From Nemertoderma westbladi (taxonomy: Eukaryota; Animalia; Xenacoelomorpha), in the NCBI GenBank assembly GCA_032718475.1, contig JAUCBJ010002966.1:1-41457 (forward strand): 41,457 nt of DNA, given 5' to 3'. This document shows, piece after piece, positions 1-12,993 of the stretch. A program made the position numbers and the translations under genes. The notes under the pieces are model-generated. The model worked only from the letters and a program-made list of their open reading frames with translations, was not told the origin of the DNA and made no database searches. Position 1 is the first letter of the stretch. The number at the start of each line of letters is the position of its first letter.

Positions 1-2619
1 ATGTAGCATATTACTACGTAAGCCTATTTCAGTATCTGAGTATTGCAGCTTTACTTCATTAAGTAAGGTTTACCGGTGACCGGTACACATTTTTTAATAT
101 TCAAGTAGCATATATATATATATATATGTTTTATTGACCAATTACGAAGTTTGATAAATTCAATATAGTAACACCAAACGCATTAGTCCAAATTATACAA
201 CTAGTACAGTACTACCAATTATTATAGTACCGGCTGGACGGCATTATACGTTTAGTGGTATTATAAATCTAATCTGTAGGTAGGCCTTACCATAATCAAT
301 ACAGATTGGAATGCCAAAATGTAGTATTGCGGCTGAAAAAAACTGCTGTAAACATCATTTTATCAACCTTCCTCATCATGAATGTAATAAATGGTAGTGT
401 CGAGAGACGCGCAAGACTCTCCGCTTTTAATTGATATAAGCCAAGTGTGAAATGATTGAGATTTAAGCAAGGTATATATGAATAGGATAAGAAATCACTA
501 TCCATAGAAACCAAGATAAGAAACTATCAGAGCACTTTGTAGTGACGTCATATCTGTAGCAGCCAACCACAGCCTATTTTCAAAATTGGCATCCCGCGTT
601 TACTTAAACCCGACATTTCGACCGTTTCCAAGTAGTTTTACAAAAAACACACCCCGCCAATCGATTCAGGGCACCTTCTTACCCCTTATTCATTAAATTG
701 TTTCTAGCCCAACAATTTTTTCGCGCATCAACCCTTCTGCAGTGCTGTTATATTTCACTTCATTTTACCCCGGCATGAAGAATAGCAGGTTTTCACTAAA
801 AATCAAGGCTACAGAAGTGTTTCAATTTCAATGTTTCAATTATTTATAATTTAGTAACCAACAAATATATCATATTATCATATCATATGACACAAAATAT
901 GAAGAACTGCAACGCCTAAAATTAATTTGACTTCAAATATTGTAAAACGTAATCCCACCACCAGCTGATATTACCAAGGTAACAAACATAAACAATAACA
1001 AGCAAGCAAGGTAGGCCTAGCAGCAAGTTCTGTAGTTTTGGTTCTGTAGTTAGGTAGGCTGCAGCTACTGTTCTTAACAAAAACAAAAAAACGAATTTAT
1101 TATCTGTAGGTCTACCTACCCTAGAGCGCTACAGCCGCTACAGGTTATAGAATAGAAATAAGTAGACGTAATAAAACACGCAATAGGGTGAAATTTAAAA
1201 AATACAAATTCTTCGTAAATAAAATTTGACCCAAAAGTGAAGACCTGGCATTTTTCACTCCAACTACTGTATAAAGTAGAAACATGTATTAATTATACTC
1301 ACATCTTTTGGTAAATAACCATATTGGCATTTGGTATTATTAGCTGCCATTTGATAAGAATATTAGTCAATAAATCACTCGAAACGATAAAGAGAACAAT
1401 AATGTGAGAATCTGTTTGCGCGTTCCGTACGTACGTTTACCTACTTTACCGTAACAATAAGCAGTACCGGTACCGGTACCACTGAACATAATACAGTAAT
1501 ACACCTAAACGTAATCGCCGTCACCCTCCCCACAACAATTCATTTAAACGTAATGATAATTCTACTAATATTGTTAAATTGTATCCGTGATCTTCCAAAC
1601 CATACGCCTGGTGTATAGAAGAAGGCCATAGCAGCCCGGTGCCCAATATAGCCTAGACAAGTAATAAAATAAATATCTATAAATAAATTTTTCCTTGAAC
1701 AATCTTCGGCATCAGCCCAACCCTAACTGAGCTGAGTGTATTGTGTCACATTGCTGTAGTGCGAAGCAAAACATGAGGCTGATAAGGCATAAAACACTGC
1801 TTAGACACAAAAAAAATCGTTATATTTATGTATTATTTGGGAAAATAAATAAATAAATCAATCAATCAATCAAAAACGAATAGGCCTACTAACTAAAAAA
1901 CTAAATGTAGTGCACAGGTAGTGTCCCAGTGTCTCCTTAACTTTAAATCACTTCTCAATTTAGGTTGTACCCACCTACTGAAGACTCCACACCACACTGC
2001 CACACCCACCCACACCCCTACCTTCGTAAATATCTGCCTACGCCACTGACTACTGACACAGGACAAAGCAAAAAATCCCCTTAATTAAGAATTGTTCTGA
2101 TTCTGACTGAAAAAATGACAGTTAATTTGTTTCTAGTCAACCGTCAACGAACAGTACAGGTCAAAGCAACGGAACATCTTACTGTACTAATTAATCTCAT
2201 TCGTTATATTTAAATTAAGTAAGTATATTAGTAGTGGTAATGGCGCAATACAACCGAAATAATATTGCCTAATATCCCCCTAACATTATTGTTACGCAAA
2301 TAATAAGACTTACTGTCTGTCTCACGCTTGATAAAACATGTGATTCTTATTAACTTTAGACAATTTAAATATAACAATGGAGAGTGTAAAGGCACTACAA
2401 CAAACTGTTGACTTATCAAACAGTAATATTGGGCAATTGTTACACTCCATGGTGCAATACTTACTAGGCCTAGATCTTCAACCAATCAAATTTCCATTCT
2501 TGAAATAATTTGTTTTGATTCGTTCATTGGTTGCTAAGCAGAATTCTGACAGGAATTAAGGCATTTTCGATGAAATGGAAGCACATAATAGTGGAATTAC
2601 TGTATGTGCATATCTAACA

Positions 2620-4162
2620 CGTTCGTGGGGCCTTCGCGCAGGACGAGGCTAAGTTATCAGATACAGATTAAAATTAAGCAATTCAATCCAAAAATCGGTA
2701 CTTAAGAAATTCAAATCGATTAATAAGAAATTTAACCAAACTGCCAATAAGAATAAATCAAAGAAGAGAGGAAATTTGCTTAAATAATCAGATGGCACTA
2801 GCTGAACCCAGTCAGCCAGTTGTTAATAATAGAAAAATATCGGCTGTAAATACAGTTTGTTTTACACAAGATGACTAGGGCGTTACATCCTGTTGTATAA
2901 GAAATATAAAAATGTAACACACAATACAAGACTATCGGCTAATCGGGAGGAATAACTAAACCTCCCCGACTGTAGTCCTCCAATAATTACCATGACTATT
3001 ATTCATAAAATTTTTAATTAAGTATCACCGTGGTTTCTTTGAATACTACCTGGTATTTTATGTCCAATAGAAAGCGCTACATTACTTCATCAATGTCGAC
3101 TTCCTCAAATTCCGAGTATAAATAAATAACAATAACAAAAAAAACATAATTATAAACAGATCAGAGCTATCCAGCTATCGGTATCTCCGTCCAACACAAC
3201 CAACTCTCTATCCGCCTCGAGCATCGAGAATACGAGAAACTCGATCGAAATACCTGCCTGCCTGCCTGCTCATCCCAGTATCCGTCCGTAGCCGCCGGAC
3301 CGTTGCGGTTTATTCCTGTATAACAGTAGAATTCCCGCAGCTTCAGACCCAATTCGACAACGAATTCGACTCACACTTTCGCGTGGCAGAGAATGTAATC
3401 CGGTGCGATACACGTCTGCCCGACTTTCAACAATTTCCCCCAGGTGATCCCAGGATCCGGCTGTCCGGGCCGCCGCTAAACCCAAATCGCAATCCTCGTC
3501 GATTCGTCCAGTCGTCGACGTAAGTCGGACTCTTCCCACCGCACTCCAAGGTGGGTGGCCTGACTGAGGCATGAGGAACTTGGCAGTGGCCCGCATTACG
3601 ATCCAACCGACCGCCGTATTCCCAGTGTAGTAAATATAATCTTACAGACAAGCAAGCAATTCCGTAGTATTTATTCCTCAGTTAATCGCATCTTGATGCC
3701 ACTCGGCTGCTGGGGTCCAGATACATCGGACTGTTGGAAGCTGTTTAGATGATGAAGTTGTTTAGATGGCCTTGCCAACGACCAACGACCTGAAGACGGT
3801 ACCGGTAACTCTGTACCACTGTAACAGTTAACAGTACCGGTACCGTACTGTAATCCTGTAGTCCCCTAGCAACCAGCTGATGCCAAGCCTAATAATTTTT
3901 GGGTAGATTTATTTATTATAACTGTAAGACAGTTACACAGATGCTGCACGAAGACCCCACGCAAATTCAACTTGGAAAATTTCTAAACTTTTGCCAGACT
4001 ACATGTACCAAGTTTGGATATATTTTATCGAGATTTGGCTGAGTTATTAACGTTTAAAATTGGACACAACAGATCAACAGAACAACAGAGCAACGGACAC
4101 ACCGATTGAGTTAGTGGTACCTGTATGCTAAGCTCGCTTACTTTCGTCGCTCGTCCCACAAA
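2620..4162 (-). mobile_element. Non-autonomous Helentron/HINE-like element, same family as 5360-6775, with a GC-rich interior
   Basis: 2625-2641 GTGGGGCCTTCGCGCAG is the exact reverse complement of 6753-6769. The reverse complement of 4127-4162 (TTTGTGGGACGAGCGACGAAAGTAAGCGAGCTTAGC) aligns with the start of the 5360 element (TTTGTGGGGCGAGCCACGAAGTTGGCGGAGCCTTAGC). Boundaries are approximate. Confidence 0.5.
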
Positions 4163-5436
4163 GTACATGTAGGTTATACAGCTACTGTAAACTATGTTAC
4201 ACAACCTGAGCTCCGTTTAATTAGTTCATCGAAAGTTAGTTTCACAGAAAAATAACATTTGAAAATAATGCATTTCGTGGAATAGGAATATAACGCCCAT
4301 GTTAAGTTTGAGTTTCCCAAGATTCCCTTTCCCAGCGAAAAAAAAACACATCGGAAAAGAATTTGGCCCATTCACTATCATTAGAGAACTTTCGTAATTT
4401 CGACTATCTCACAAACAGTCTGGGAAAGTTCACTATAATATTGTATATGGGCATTGGCCTGAATTAAAGATAACATAACATAACATAGCATGGAAGGTAT
4501 TTTGGTATTCACGTGCTTCGCGAAGTCCTTTTATATTTTGAGGGGGGGGGGGGGGTGGTGTGTTGATCAGTCGAGGTCCCGAGCGCGTTCCGGACCTTGA
4601 TTTTCGCTTCGGAACTCAGGATCTCGGGCGCCCGAGGGTTTGGAGAGGGTCTCGAAAGTCGGTATATTCGGGCCCGGGCACCCGAGCATTCTCGGGTAGG
4701 CCCGAGGTTTGGGTGTATCCGAGGGTCACGACACTCCCGAGAACACAAGCCCGTCGAGCTCCCGAGAACCCCACCCTGGAGAGCTTGGGAGGTCCGGACC
4801 ACCCAAGTGCAATACAATTATTAGTTTTAAATCTTACCATTCCGGCACAACTGTATATGTATTACAGTAGAAGCCATTGACTCCGATTCTGAAATATCTG
4901 TTATTAATATAGATGTACACTTGACTTGCCCGTGGGAAAATGTAGATAGTGATTGAATTTATATATTGTATTTTGGCATTGGCATAAGAAACATTGTGTC
5001 ATTGACATAAAATATTTTTTGTCGGGGGATAGCCTTGCGCAGGTGCGGTGCATAACCATGCAACATTTAAACGCCCATATCTGAGCTATTTTTCAACGAA
5101 AATCAGATTGTGTTACATATTTGGAATTAGGGGTGTGCCGGATATCCGGCCGGGCCGGAATTCCGCTTGATTTTGAAATCCGGTACCGGCTTCGGCCGGA
5201 TTTTAATTTTTTGGCCGGATTTCAATTTCAACGAATTGTTGACAAAATTTAAAATTAATGTAAATTTTCGAAAATAACATCAAAATAAATTTTCTTTTAA
5301 ATTCAAACAAATTTAAACATAAGCAAATACAATGCAATACAAAACAATTATTTTGATAGTTTGTGGGGCGAGCCACGAAGTTGGCGGAGCCTTAGCGAAT
5401 TGACACTGTTAGGGGGTGGGTCAATTTATGCAAATA

Positions 5437-5510
5437 GTTGTCGTCGTCGTCGTCGTCGTCGTTGTCGTCGTCGTCGTCGTCGTTGTCGTCGTCGTCGTCG
5501 TCGTCGTCGT
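5437..5510 (+). repeat. (TCG)n microsatellite
   Basis: Read directly; interrupted by TTG variants. Confidence 0.97.
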
Positions 5511-5629
5511 TACGATTTTGACATGCTAATAACTTTGTCGGATTTAAAGCTGCCAAGTTGAAAATTTGTAGGTATCAATTTGAGCAAAAGTTGAGATTTT
5601 TGAGAGACTTTCAGACACCATCAGTGCAA

Positions 5630-6675
5630 TGGTCTCCCGCTAGAGGGCCACATGTCTAAACATTAAATGGCCACCCATTTCTTTGCTTTTATTCCGTTTA
5701 AGCTGAAACTTGGGAAGTATGTACTAGACCATTAGCTGTAAATTTAAAAGGAGGCTAATCTGTCTGCAGTTCTCCAGTCTGCCGCTAGAGGGCGAAATGT
5801 CCCGAATGTGAAATTATTCTTCCATTTAGTTGTTTATGATCTGATTACGCTGAAACTTGTCATATATGTACTAGATGACATCCTGAGTCTTTGTGTGGAT
5901 TGTAATCGGTCCGAAGTTTTCCAGTCTGCCGGTAGAGGGCCACATGTCTAAACATTAAATGGCCACCCATTTCTTTGCTTTTAATCCGTTTAAGCTGAAA
6001 CTTGGGAAGTATGTACTAGACCATTAGCTGTAAATTTCAAAGGAGGCTAATCTGTCTGCAGTTCTCCAGTCTGCCGCTAGAGGGCGAAATGTTCCGAATG
6101 TGAAATTATTCTTCCATTTAGTTGTTTATGATCTGATTACGCTGAAACTTGTCATATATGTACTAGATGACATCCTGAGTCTTTGTGTGGATTGTAATCG
6201 GTCCGAAGTTTTCCAGTCTGCCGGTAGAGGGCCACATGTCTAAACATTAAATGTCCTTCCCATTTTTTGCTTTTAATCCGTTTAAGATGAAACGTGGCAG
6301 ATATGTACTAAACCATTAGCTATGACTTTCAAATGAGGCGAATCCGTTTACAGTTCTCCAGTCTGCCGTTAGAAGGCAAAATGTCCCGAAAGTGAAATTA
6401 ATCTCCCATTTAGTTATTTATGATCTGATCAAGCTGAAACTTGTCATATATGTACTAGAAGACATCCTAAGTCTTTGTGTGGACAGTAATCGGTCCGGAG
6501 TTTTCGAGTCTGCCGCTAGAGGGCGAAATGTAGGAAAGTGAAAACCTTCCAACATTTCGTTATTTATGATCCGTCAATCGGAAACTTGGTAGATATGTAA
6601 TAGACCATAGGCTGTGGCTTTGTAGGGAAACTAATCCTTCCTTCTTCAGTTACCCAGTCTCCCGCTAGAGGGTTA
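5630..6675 (+). repeat. Tandem array with 292-bp period, a dimer of ~146-bp subunits
   Basis: TAGAGGGC anchors at 5641, 5933, 6225 and 6517 (period 292), with intermediate anchors at 5786, 6078, ~6370 and 6666. Confidence 0.9.
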
Positions 6676-6957
6676 ACGTTTTCCGGGAAAATCTTCTCCT
6701 ATGTTTTTATAATCCTTTCGAGTTGATACTTAGCATTAACTCATTTCACGTGCTGCGCGAAGGCCCCACTTCGTGTATCATATTCATTCATATTATGAAT
6801 ATGATAAACTCTAAAGCAGAGCTATAATTTTATGACCATCTACAGGCTGAGCTGACTGACTAGTTTTTACCAATAATATTTGTATTTGGTTGGGCTCAGC
6901 CTCACTATCAAACGTTAATTTAATAAATAGTACATGTATGTATATTGTATACCCATA

Positions 6958-7915
6958 TAGTCCGGCAGCCAAGTACCTCTTTTTGGCCCAACCGAAATTT
7001 TTTGGACGGATTACATTTTTTGGATGTTTTGGTGTCTAGGGGTCCCTCTTAACATAAAAAAGTGATTTATGGACTTTGACACCTTGGGCAATTTGAATTA
7101 ATGACCCGTTTCTATGGACTACAGCAATTTCTTTGAAAGCTTAGCAATCAGAATGGCGATTAACTGGTGGGTTTGAACTGGTTGTAATTTTGATGGAAAA
7201 TATGAAAATTTTAGAGAAACTATTGAAGTGTTGCTATGGTAACGAAGGCACTACAACTATCGCTCTATCTTTCCAAGGAAAAAGTACTATGCCTACTGAC
7301 ACTCATGTGTTTTTTGTTTCGTCTGTGCGCTTTATTAATAATAATGTTTCCCTAAATAATATGCACCACATCAATTTTTTGTAGAAATATGTTTAGCAAC
7401 AAATACCCGTTTTCATGGAAAACACAGTAATTTATTGCGGACATCACATCGGAAGCATTTAAAACCTTGACAACAAATTATTACTTTAAAATGTATATAT
7501 AAATAATTTGTTTCCTGCTTGTTTCAGATAGTGGCGCACTTTGACCGCAAGTGAAAATAGTGATCTGCAGCGCTAATTGTATTTAAAGGCGTTTGAAATC
7601 GCAACACTAAACTCGAATGCCGTCTCCATAGCAACAGGATCTAAAAATCAGACAAAAAATATTGTCATTATTTCGTAAATGAACTATATTGACTTTGTAG
7701 AAGATTTCAGTCCATTGTGTCATGCTGTTTGCAGTTGCTATGCTTTAAATGATAATTACGTGGTCCTTAGCAACTAGGTCGTTATTTCAAAATGCCCAAA
7801 GTTAAAAATGTTATAATCGCCATTTCCTCATTAAGTGGGACCTATAGAACTCAAAAGATCAAAAAAATTGAATCCGTCCAAAAATTTTCGGTATACCATT
7901 GTGGCTGCCGGACTA
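6958..7915. mobile_element. Non-autonomous TIR element with TAG...CTA ends, probably Academ-derived
   Basis: Perfect 14-bp TIR TAGTCCGGCAGCCA/TGGCTGCCGGACTA, extending imperfectly for ~100 bp. TAG...CTA termini are typical of Academ. The TSD is unclear because piggyBac begins 2 bp downstream. Confidence 0.75.
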
Positions 7916-9603
7916 ATCCCTGTATGCCCCACTGAGACCTACAGGTAACAACTTCTATTCTTCACTACTACAGCCGCGTTTCAGCATTGTGTGGTTTCTT
8001 GATTGGTTGGATGGGTTCATTTGTTATCCAAGTTACCCAATCAGCGTCATCTTGGGTCAGAGGCAATCTCAAACTGAATATTAAATCATTTGTGTCTCGT
8101 GGTCAGAGTTATTCCAAGTAGTGTTCAAGTGCTGATTGTGCAATCCAAAAAAGCAAATCGAGTGCAATTATTTGATTCAGAAAAATTATTTTGGTGAAGA
8201 TTCATCATTATTTTACTTAATTATACCAAAATTGATGCAAGGTATAGTACTATGAAGAATTCACAGCCAAAATTTCAGTCGTTACTTTAGGGTAACGGTG
8301 GGCCACTCTGACATCACTTTTTGCGCTAAATGTGAACTGGTCAATAAATTGATATACAATAGTCTCTTATGATTCCACGTTGTTTTGTACACCTAGGTAA
8401 AGAATAAGTTTGCTGACTAAACTACTAAATATATTATTATAAATAGATATGAATAAATAGTCGGAATATTCAATAAATAGATAGAAATGTTCGTATTCTC
8501 TGTACAGCTGTGCGTAAGTTACACTGTAGAAACGTATTTGATGATATGGATACTGGAAAATTTTATGGAACACGTTATAAAAACTCTCATGTTGAGGTGG
8601 CCATACCGTCAGATGATAGCGACGATCAACTGATGAGTGATTCTGGCAGCGAGGATGATGCATATGGTGATACAAACTGGAGTGATGAAGGTGATGACTC
8701 TGACGAATCAGACGAACGCGATGATGACGTCATTATAGAGTTCGAGGAAATAGAGGATGTACTAGCAGATCCAACGATCAATACCGATGATGAGAACATA
8801 CAGCCAAATCAGATAGAGGTAGATGCGCCAGGGGAGACAGTACATCATACAGAGGACGAACAGAGTAGTGGTGGCGATGTGCAGGTCGAACCAAAGACAA
8901 ACAAGAAATCTAAGAAGAATGTAGTCAACCGGAAGTATTATACAGTAGGACAAAGACGATTTCTGCAGAGCCGAAATGGCTGGGTAGTTTACCTGATGTA
9001 GATGATGTTCTAGAACCAATCGGATATTTCAAGAAGCTTCTCAAAGATGATGTGTTGAAGGAAATAGTTTTCCAGACTAATTTGTACTCTGCAGAAAAAC
9101 GCCTTGATAAACAAATAAATATAACACGAAACGAAATTGAACAGTTCATAGGAATTTGCTACTATATGTCTGTGTACGGTCTTCCTAGATGCAGATCATA
9201 TTGGCAGGCCGGTACAAGAGTTGATAAAGTTGTCAACACAATGACGCGCAATCGCTGGGAGAGTATAAAAAGAGATCTACACTTGAATGACAATAGTAAG
9301 CAAATCGCTAAGGGGTCTCCTGGGCACGATAAAATTTTCAAAATCCGACCACTGGTTACTGCTCTCCAGACCAGTCTAAGAGACATTCCAAAGGATGAAG
9401 AGCTTTGTGTGGATGAACAGATGGTGCCATTCAAGGGGAAAAATAAAAGCGGAATAAAGCAATATATGCCCAAGAAACCAAAGAAGTGGGGCTATAAGCT
9501 GTTTGTTCTTTGTGATAGCCATGCTATAGCTTACGATTTCGATATTTACACGGGAAAGATCGAACCGATTGCTGGACGGCCTGACATTGGGGCAAGTAGT
9601 AAT

Positions 9604-9606
9604 TCT

Positions 9607-9639
<33 letters not shown>

Positions 9640-10162
9640 ACCTGTTCCTGCGTTCTATGTTCCCAGTTCTTGTTATCGTTATTCAGGTACCTGCCCCCCC
9701 CCCCCCCCCCCCCCCACCTCATTTTTTCTAAAAATCTTAATGGGATTGCATGAAATTTGAAACAGTAGTTTACAGTAGACAGTGGACAGTTTAGTAAACA
9801 GTGGGTAATGCGGATGTTACAGTGGCATGCTATTCTAACAAAAACAATAAACGAAAGTCAATAGTTAAACACTTAAATATTTTTCACCCGGGTGATAAAT
9901 GTTTTTCACCCGGGTGATAAATATTTTTAACCCGGGTGATAAATGTTTTTCACCTGGGTGATAAATGTTTTTCACCCGGATGTTAAATGTTTTTCACCCG
10001 GATGATAAATGTTTTTCACCCGGGTGATAAATGTTTTTCACCCGGGTGATAAATGTTTTTCACCCGTGTGATAAAGGTTTTTCACCGGGTGATAAATATT
10101 TTTCAGCCGGGCGATAAATGTTTTTCACCAGGCCAATAAATACCAATGAATAAGTAATTCAG
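9604..10162. other. ~560-bp insertion interrupting the transposase ORF
   Basis: The protein stops at GASSN and resumes at VIQLAVGIPRHMSYKLFFDNWF. The insert contains a G-run/C-run inverted repeat and a minisatellite. Confidence 0.85.
9874..10130. repeat. 22-bp minisatellite TTTTTCACCCGGGTGATAAATG, ~11 copies
   Basis: Read directly; each unit has the palindromic core TCACCCGGGTGA. Confidence 0.95.
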
Positions 10163-12593
10163 CTAGTAATTCAACTAGCTGTTGGCATACCTAGACACAT
10201 GTCATACAAACTCTTTTTTGACAACTGGTTTACTAGTGTTATTCTCCAGGTGACACTGGCCAATGAAGGAATATATTGTCTTGGGACAGTCAACGAGAAC
10301 AGATTAGGTGACTGCCCTCTGCCCACGGATAGCGCAATGAAGAAGAAAGGTCGTGGATACCATGAGGAACTGAGAGTTACTGTAAACGGAGTTGACTTGC
10401 GCGTTGTAAAGTGGTTTGATAACCGTTGTGTTACTCTCTTATCGACATTCTCTTACGCAAATCCGACGTCTCTTGTAAAACGGTGGTCTAAACTAACTAA
10501 ATCATTCATTGAAGTAGATCGCCCACGTATTGTTGGCACGTACAATAGCTTCATAGGTGGGGTTGATACACTGGATTCTTTGTTGAGTTTGTATAGGATA
10601 CGAATACGGTCTAGGAAATGGTACCTTCGATTGGTCTTCAATTTCCTCGATTTTGTCTGTGTCATTGCTTGGCTCTTGTACCGACGTGACTTGCGTAGCT
10701 GTAATCCAGCACAAAAACCAATTCCACTCCTTCTATTCAAGACGACATTGGCCGAGACCTTGTGTGCACGTGGAAAGTCTGTCTGCAACAAGCGACGAGG
10801 GCGACCAAGTCTAGAAATTGAAAACGGTATTCTTCAGAAGAAAGCGCGATCAATAACCGTTGGTCTGTTGCCTTCCATGGCAGTTCGACAAGATCAGGTT
10901 GGCCACTGGCCTGTGTTCGCTGAGAAAAGGGGACGGTGCAAGAATCCAGACTGTGTTGGGGTTCCTGAGATTATGTGTGACTAAGTGTGAGAAGTGTAGT
11001 GCGGTGTTTGGAGGAAAGGTATATTTGTGTCTTGGACCGGACCGTAACTGTTTCAAATGCTTCCATTGTGATTGATAACAAATTGGGTATCTATCAATTT
11101 TGGTAATTGCTATCGCATTGATGTTGAATTGATGTTTGGTTTTCGATATTACATACAGTACAGGGATACAATTTTAGTTGAAAATCTATAATTTTGTATA
11201 TAATGTAGAGTGCGGAGCAGAATAATACAGTTTGTACATTTCTGCATATTTTACACATGAACACAAAATGAAAAAAGTTGTCGCGTAATATGTTTCCAAC
11301 TTTTTCACAAAATTTTTTTCAAACTCCTAAATTTCATTTCTTAATGGCCCACCGTGACCTCCAGGTCACGTGATTCGAAAATCTTCATAAATTAAATATT
11401 TTGAAATTTTTTGATGAAAATCATCTCATTAGGTTCATTTTAATGTGAAAGTTATGAAAAAAAAATTTTTGGGACATGGCATCATAATTCGGGCTATAGA
11501 GGGATATACTAATTATAACTAGTCAATAATTATTATATTGTCCCAGCTCGCAAGCCTTGATGTTAGGTCTAGGTAGGTTTGTTATTAAAATTGATATTAA
11601 GCTTACCACCGTGAATGACCAGTTTATATAACGACGGGCAATTTAGAAACTCTAGTAAATCCAATTTAACTCAGAGAGTATAAAAACACTACAGCTATTG
11701 TTACTTTGTTCTATTTTTCAATTTGCACTTAATTTATCAAATCAATCCATTACATCAAATATGAAATCGGCGTAGGTTATGGTACAAAATTATTAGTTTC
11801 TCTCCACAATCCGAAAGTAGACGAGAGCGGTTCTCATCTAATAATATTACCATTTAATATAATATTACCAGCCTCGCAGCCTCTACAAATATTTGCTCGG
11901 AATAAATTGAAGATTTGTAAATTAGGAAATGATTCCTTATTTGCAGCCCACCATCGCAAAACACTCTTCTCGTCCCGTTTAGTTTGGATAATTGACATAT
12001 ACTTACTTATCTACTTCTGAATTCTTATTAAAGTCAAATTCCTTATCATGCATGACCTTGCTGATATGATAACGATCCAGCACGTTATCTATCGATGCAG
12101 GACCTAACGCCCAAAGGACCAAATGACGTGATACCCTCCCTCCCTCCAGTTCTGTTCATGCACAAAGGTAAATAGCTGATTCAAGGAAAAAATTGGTGAT
12201 ATATTAAAAAAATCCGACTTGGCCGGAATTCCGGCCGGATTTTTTTTACAAATCCGGCTCCGGCTCCGGCCTGGCCGGTTTGAAAATAGTCAATCCGGCA
12301 CATCCCTATTTGGAATCCTTGCATGGCCAGCTTTCCATTGGTACCAACAAACAGCTTTTTTAAACGCTTGTAGCTAAAGATTTAAAGCAAAAATAAAAAT
12401 TCTGGCTCACCCAAGCAGTGGTCGGGAGGTGAAACAGTGTTCCCAGCTTAGGCTGAGACGACTAAGGAGTGTTCTCAGCCTAGGCTGAGACGACTGGGGA
12501 TTCATTTCAAGAGGGAGTTATCTCAGCCTTGTGCACCGGCCGTGTCACTGAATTACGACACTATATTCTGGGACATGATGTAGTTACTTTAGC

Positions 12594-12773
12594 AATTTAG
12601 CGGGCATGATTGTAATTTAGCGGGAATGATTGTAATTTAGCGGGAATGATTGTAATTTAGCGGGAATGATTGTAATTTAGCGGGAATGATTGTAATTTAG
12701 CGGGAATGATTGTAATTTAGCGGTAATGATTGTAATTTAGCGGGAGTGATTGTAAAATCATTCCCGCTAAATT
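12594..12773. repeat. 20-bp minisatellite AATTTAGCGGGAATGATTGT (~8 copies) followed by one inverted copy
   Basis: Read directly; AATCATTCCCGCTAAATT at ~12756-12773 is the reverse complement of the unit. Confidence 0.95.
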
Positions 12774-12993
12774 TATTAATAAACACTATACCGTTCATGT
12801 AGGAATATCGAATCATAAAGAAATTGGTAAAATATTGTCTACTTTAGCTTTAGCAACAGAATTCTAGAATTTAAATTTTTTAGTTTCTACAAAACGCAAA
12901 TGTAATTTTATATAAATTTAACAGCTTACAGTAATTAGTGTGTCATCGTAAAAGGATCTGATCTAGATAGGCCTACCATTTACTTACATATTA

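Larger units (their letters stand above)
5360..6775 (+). mobile_element. Helentron/HINE-like element with (TCG)n microsatellite and internal tandem repeats
   Basis: Short subterminal inverted motif GTGGGGC/GCCCCAC, microsatellite near one end, central tandem array, no TSD seen. Related termini occur at 2625 and 4162. Confidence 0.6.
8546..11075 (+). pseudogene. piggyBac (PGBD-like, DDE_Tnp_1_7) transposase, disrupted
   Basis: Acidic N-terminus from MDTGKFYG. Catalytic motifs CVDEQM, FFDNWFTS and GGVDTLD; KPKKWGYKLF; C-terminal Cys-rich RGRC..C..C..LC..NCF..FH. Frameshifts near 8940 and 10975, plus an insertion at ~9604-10162. Confidence 0.93.
7918..11503 (+). mobile_element. piggyBac-family DNA transposon, defective
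   Basis: CCC...GGG ends with imperfect TIR CCCTGTATGCCC / GGGCTATAGAGGG. Subterminal inverted repeats at ~8281-8305 and ~11346-11369. Encloses a transposase pseudogene. Flanks are TAAT/ATAT rather than TTAA. Confidence 0.8.
5128..12308. mobile_element. Non-autonomous hAT-superfamily DNA transposon carrying three nested insertions
   Basis: TIRs are TAGGGGTGTGCCGGAT (5128) and ATCCGGCACATCCCTA (ends 12308), 15/16 match. Perfect 8-bp TSD TTTGGAAT at 5120-5127 and 12309-12316. CCGG-rich subterminal repeats at both ends. An uninterrupted copy of the target sequence lies on the minus strand near 18123-18160. Confidence 0.9.

Noticed and set aside
2025-2048. hAT-like terminus CTGCCTACGCCACTG
   Set aside because: No partner TIR or TSD found in the window.
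3270-4880. Overlapping 60-108 aa ORFs in the GC-rich patches
   Set aside because: No recognisable motifs; expected from stop-codon scarcity at high GC.
5361-5561. Poly-Arg ORF resembling a protamine
   Set aside because: It is a translation of the (TCG)n microsatellite inside a repeat.
8630-8640. CTGATGA possible hammerhead core (also minus strand near 17330, 31507 and 36305)
   Set aside because: No correctly placed GAAA or flanking stems.
9874-12773. CRISPR-like appearance of the 22-bp and 20-bp arrays
   Set aside because: The units are head-to-tail with no unique spacers, there are no cas genes, and the context is eukaryotic.
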